NCBI GenBank assembly: GCA_021296325.1
Contig: JAGWAR010000001.1
Location: 151,159 to 215,158 of the forward strand
Source of the DNA: Alphaproteobacteria bacterium
GTDB lineage: Bacteria > Pseudomonadota > Alphaproteobacteria > GCA-2746255
DNA length: 64,000 nucleotides
Reading direction: 5' to 3'
How positions within the stretch are numbered: position 1 is the stretch's first letter; every line of letters starts with the position of its first letter. Below, piece after piece: positions 62,525 to 64,000 of this stretch. The notes under the pieces were generated by a model, which was not told where the DNA came from, ran no database searches, and worked only from the letters and a program-made list of their open reading frames with translations. The position numbers and the translations under genes are program-made.

Positions 62525-63244
62525 ATGATCCCGATTCGCGACGACAATCCGACGACGCTGCGCCCCCTCGTGACGATCGGGCTGATCGGGGTTTGCGTTC
62601 TCGTCTTTCTCTGGCAGATCGGTCAGCCGGCGGAACAGCAGGAACGGATTTTCTACGCGCTTGGGCTGATCCCGGCCGTGTTGTTCGGCCATGCCGAACT
62701 GCCGCCGGAGCTCGTCACCGTTTCGTCCTCGATGACGGTGCTGACCTCGATGTTCCTGCATGGCGGCTTCCTCCACCTTGCCGGCAACATGCTGTACCTC
62801 TGGATTTTCGGAAACAACGTCGAGGACGCCATGGGCCATGGCCGCTTCGTCGCCTTCTACGTGCTTTGCGGCATTGCCGCGGCGTTGACGCAAGGCATGC
62901 TGAACCCGGAATCGACCGTGCCGATGGTGGGGGCGAGCGGCGCCATCGGCGGCGTGCTCGGCGCCTATCTGCTGCTGCATCCACGGGCGATCATCTGGAT
63001 CGTTGTGCCGATCTTCTTCTACCTGCACGTCATGCGCGTGCCGGCCTTCGTCATGCTGGGCCTTTGGTTCCTGATGCAGTTCCTGAGCACGGCGATGATG
63101 GAGGGAAGCGGCGGCGGTGTCGCCTATGGCGCCCATGTCGGCGGCTTCGTGGCCGGGATGATCCTGATTCCGTTTTTCCGCTATCCGGAGGTGCCGCTGC
63201 TGAACCGGGGGCCGGCGGGGCCACGCCGGGGACCCTGGGGCTAG
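62525..63244 (+). CDS. Rhomboid family intramembrane serine protease
   Basis: SMFLHGG.LH.AGNM, GASG catalytic Ser and AHVGG catalytic His. Confidence 0.94.
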   Translation: MIPIRDDNPTTLRPLVTIGLIGVCVLVFLWQIGQPAEQQERIFYALGLIPAVLFGHAELPPELVTVSSSMTVLTSMFLHGGFLHLAGNMLYLWIFGNNVEDAMGHGRFVAFYVLCGIAAALTQGMLNPESTVPMVGASGAIGGVLGAYLLLHPRAIIWIVVPIFFYLHVMRVPAFVMLGLWFLMQFLSTAMMEGSGGGVAYGAHVGGFVAGMILIPFFRYPEVPLLNRGPAGPRRGPWG

Positions 63245-63247
63245 GGC

Positions 63248-64000
63248 CTAGCCGAACAATCCCCAGAACATGCGAAGCGAAGTTGCCACCAGGAAGCACG
63301 CGAAGGCGACCTTCAGGGTGCGCGCACCGACCCGGTGGGCGAGCCGCACCCCGAAGGGGGTGGCGAAGATGGTTCCCAGCGAAATCAGCGCGAAGGCGGG
63401 CAGGCTCACGTAACCCAGCGAATGGTCCGGGCGCAGCGGCACGTCCAGGCCCGCGATCGCAAAGACGGCGGCCCCCGGCACGCCGATGATGAGCCCGATC
63501 GCCGCCGCCGTGCCGACGGCGCGGGCCATCGGATAGCCGAAGGCGGCGAGGTAGGGCACGCTCATCGTGCCGCCGCCGATGCCGATCATCGCCGAAATGC
63601 CGCCGATGACGGCGCCTGCCGCCTGCAGGCGAGGCCCGGAAGGCAGCCGGTCGGCCAGGCGAAAATCCTCATGCCCGAAGAAAAGGTGCAGCGCGACCAG
63701 CAGGGCGAGCGTCGCAAACGCGCCGGTCAGCACCCGGCCTTCCGCAAAGCCGCCGAGGCTGGCTCCCGCCACGACGCCCAGGAAGATCGCCACGCCCCAG
63801 CGTTTCAGCAAATCCCGGTCGACCCCACCGCGACGGTGGTGGCCGATGGCCGAAACGCTTGCCGTCACCAGGAAGGTCGCCAGTGAAGTGCCGACCGCAA
63901 GGTGCATGCGCACCTGTTCGTCGATTCCGATCGCCCCGAACAGGAGATAAAGGACCGGCACGATGACGATGCCACCGCCGACGCCAAGAAACCCGGCGAC
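63248..64000 (-). CDS. TauE/SafE family sulfite exporter; 5' end outside the window
   Basis: AGFLGVGGGIVIVP and AVGTSL, with the repeat GIGGG..SVP; multiple TM helices. Confidence 0.88.
   Translation of the reverse strand, partial: VAGFLGVGGGIVIVPVLYLLFGAIGIDEQVRMHLAVGTSLATFLVTASVSAIGHHRRGGVDRDLLKRWGVAIFLGVVAGASLGGFAEGRVLTGAFATLALLVALHLFFGHEDFRLADRLPSGPRLQAAGAVIGGISAMIGIGGGTMSVPYLAAFGYPMARAVGTAAAIGLIIGVPGAAVFAIAGLDVPLRPDHSLGYVSLPAFALISLGTIFATPFGVRLAHRVGARTLKVAFACFLVATSLRMFWGLFG

Overview
GC-rich alphaproteobacterial chromosome segment (gene order and content suggest a Rhodospirillales-like organism). It spans the probable replication origin and is almost entirely core housekeeping DNA. In order: dnaK(5' part)-grpE-hrcA; rph-rdgB-hemW; lpoA-like/rsmI-yraN-BON-gshB-comM; a his cluster; hslVU; timA-mltA-[lutABC]-smr-XRE; fxsA-secB; ppsR-maf-aroE-coaE-dnaQ; oriC; hemE-hemH-hemJ-rho; qor/DLH/ogt/yyaL; fdx-mnmE-mnmG-rsmG(parS)-parA-parB; leuS-lptE-holA; yggS/L,D-transpeptidase/cenR-like; ftsK-lolA-hydrolase-xth; glnK-amtB; ubiH-like; cnoX-LON_N-trm112; tRNA-Gly; typA-rhomboid; TauE (partial). 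I saw no mobile elements, CRISPR arrays or defence systems. The most interesting unexplained signal is an uncharacterised 180-aa gene (48898-49440) behind a complete sigma54 promoter with an IHF-like site and an FlbD/ftr-like enhancer, which suggests an undescribed member of a sigma54 (possibly flagellar) regulon. Other notable items: a perfect alphaproteobacterial SOS box upstream of the BON-gshB-comM genes, lutABC inserted into the mltA-smr cluster, a probably leaderless mnmG mRNA, a head-to-head lpoA/rsmI overlap, and a single-cysteine CnoX. All calls come from manual reading; no searches were run.
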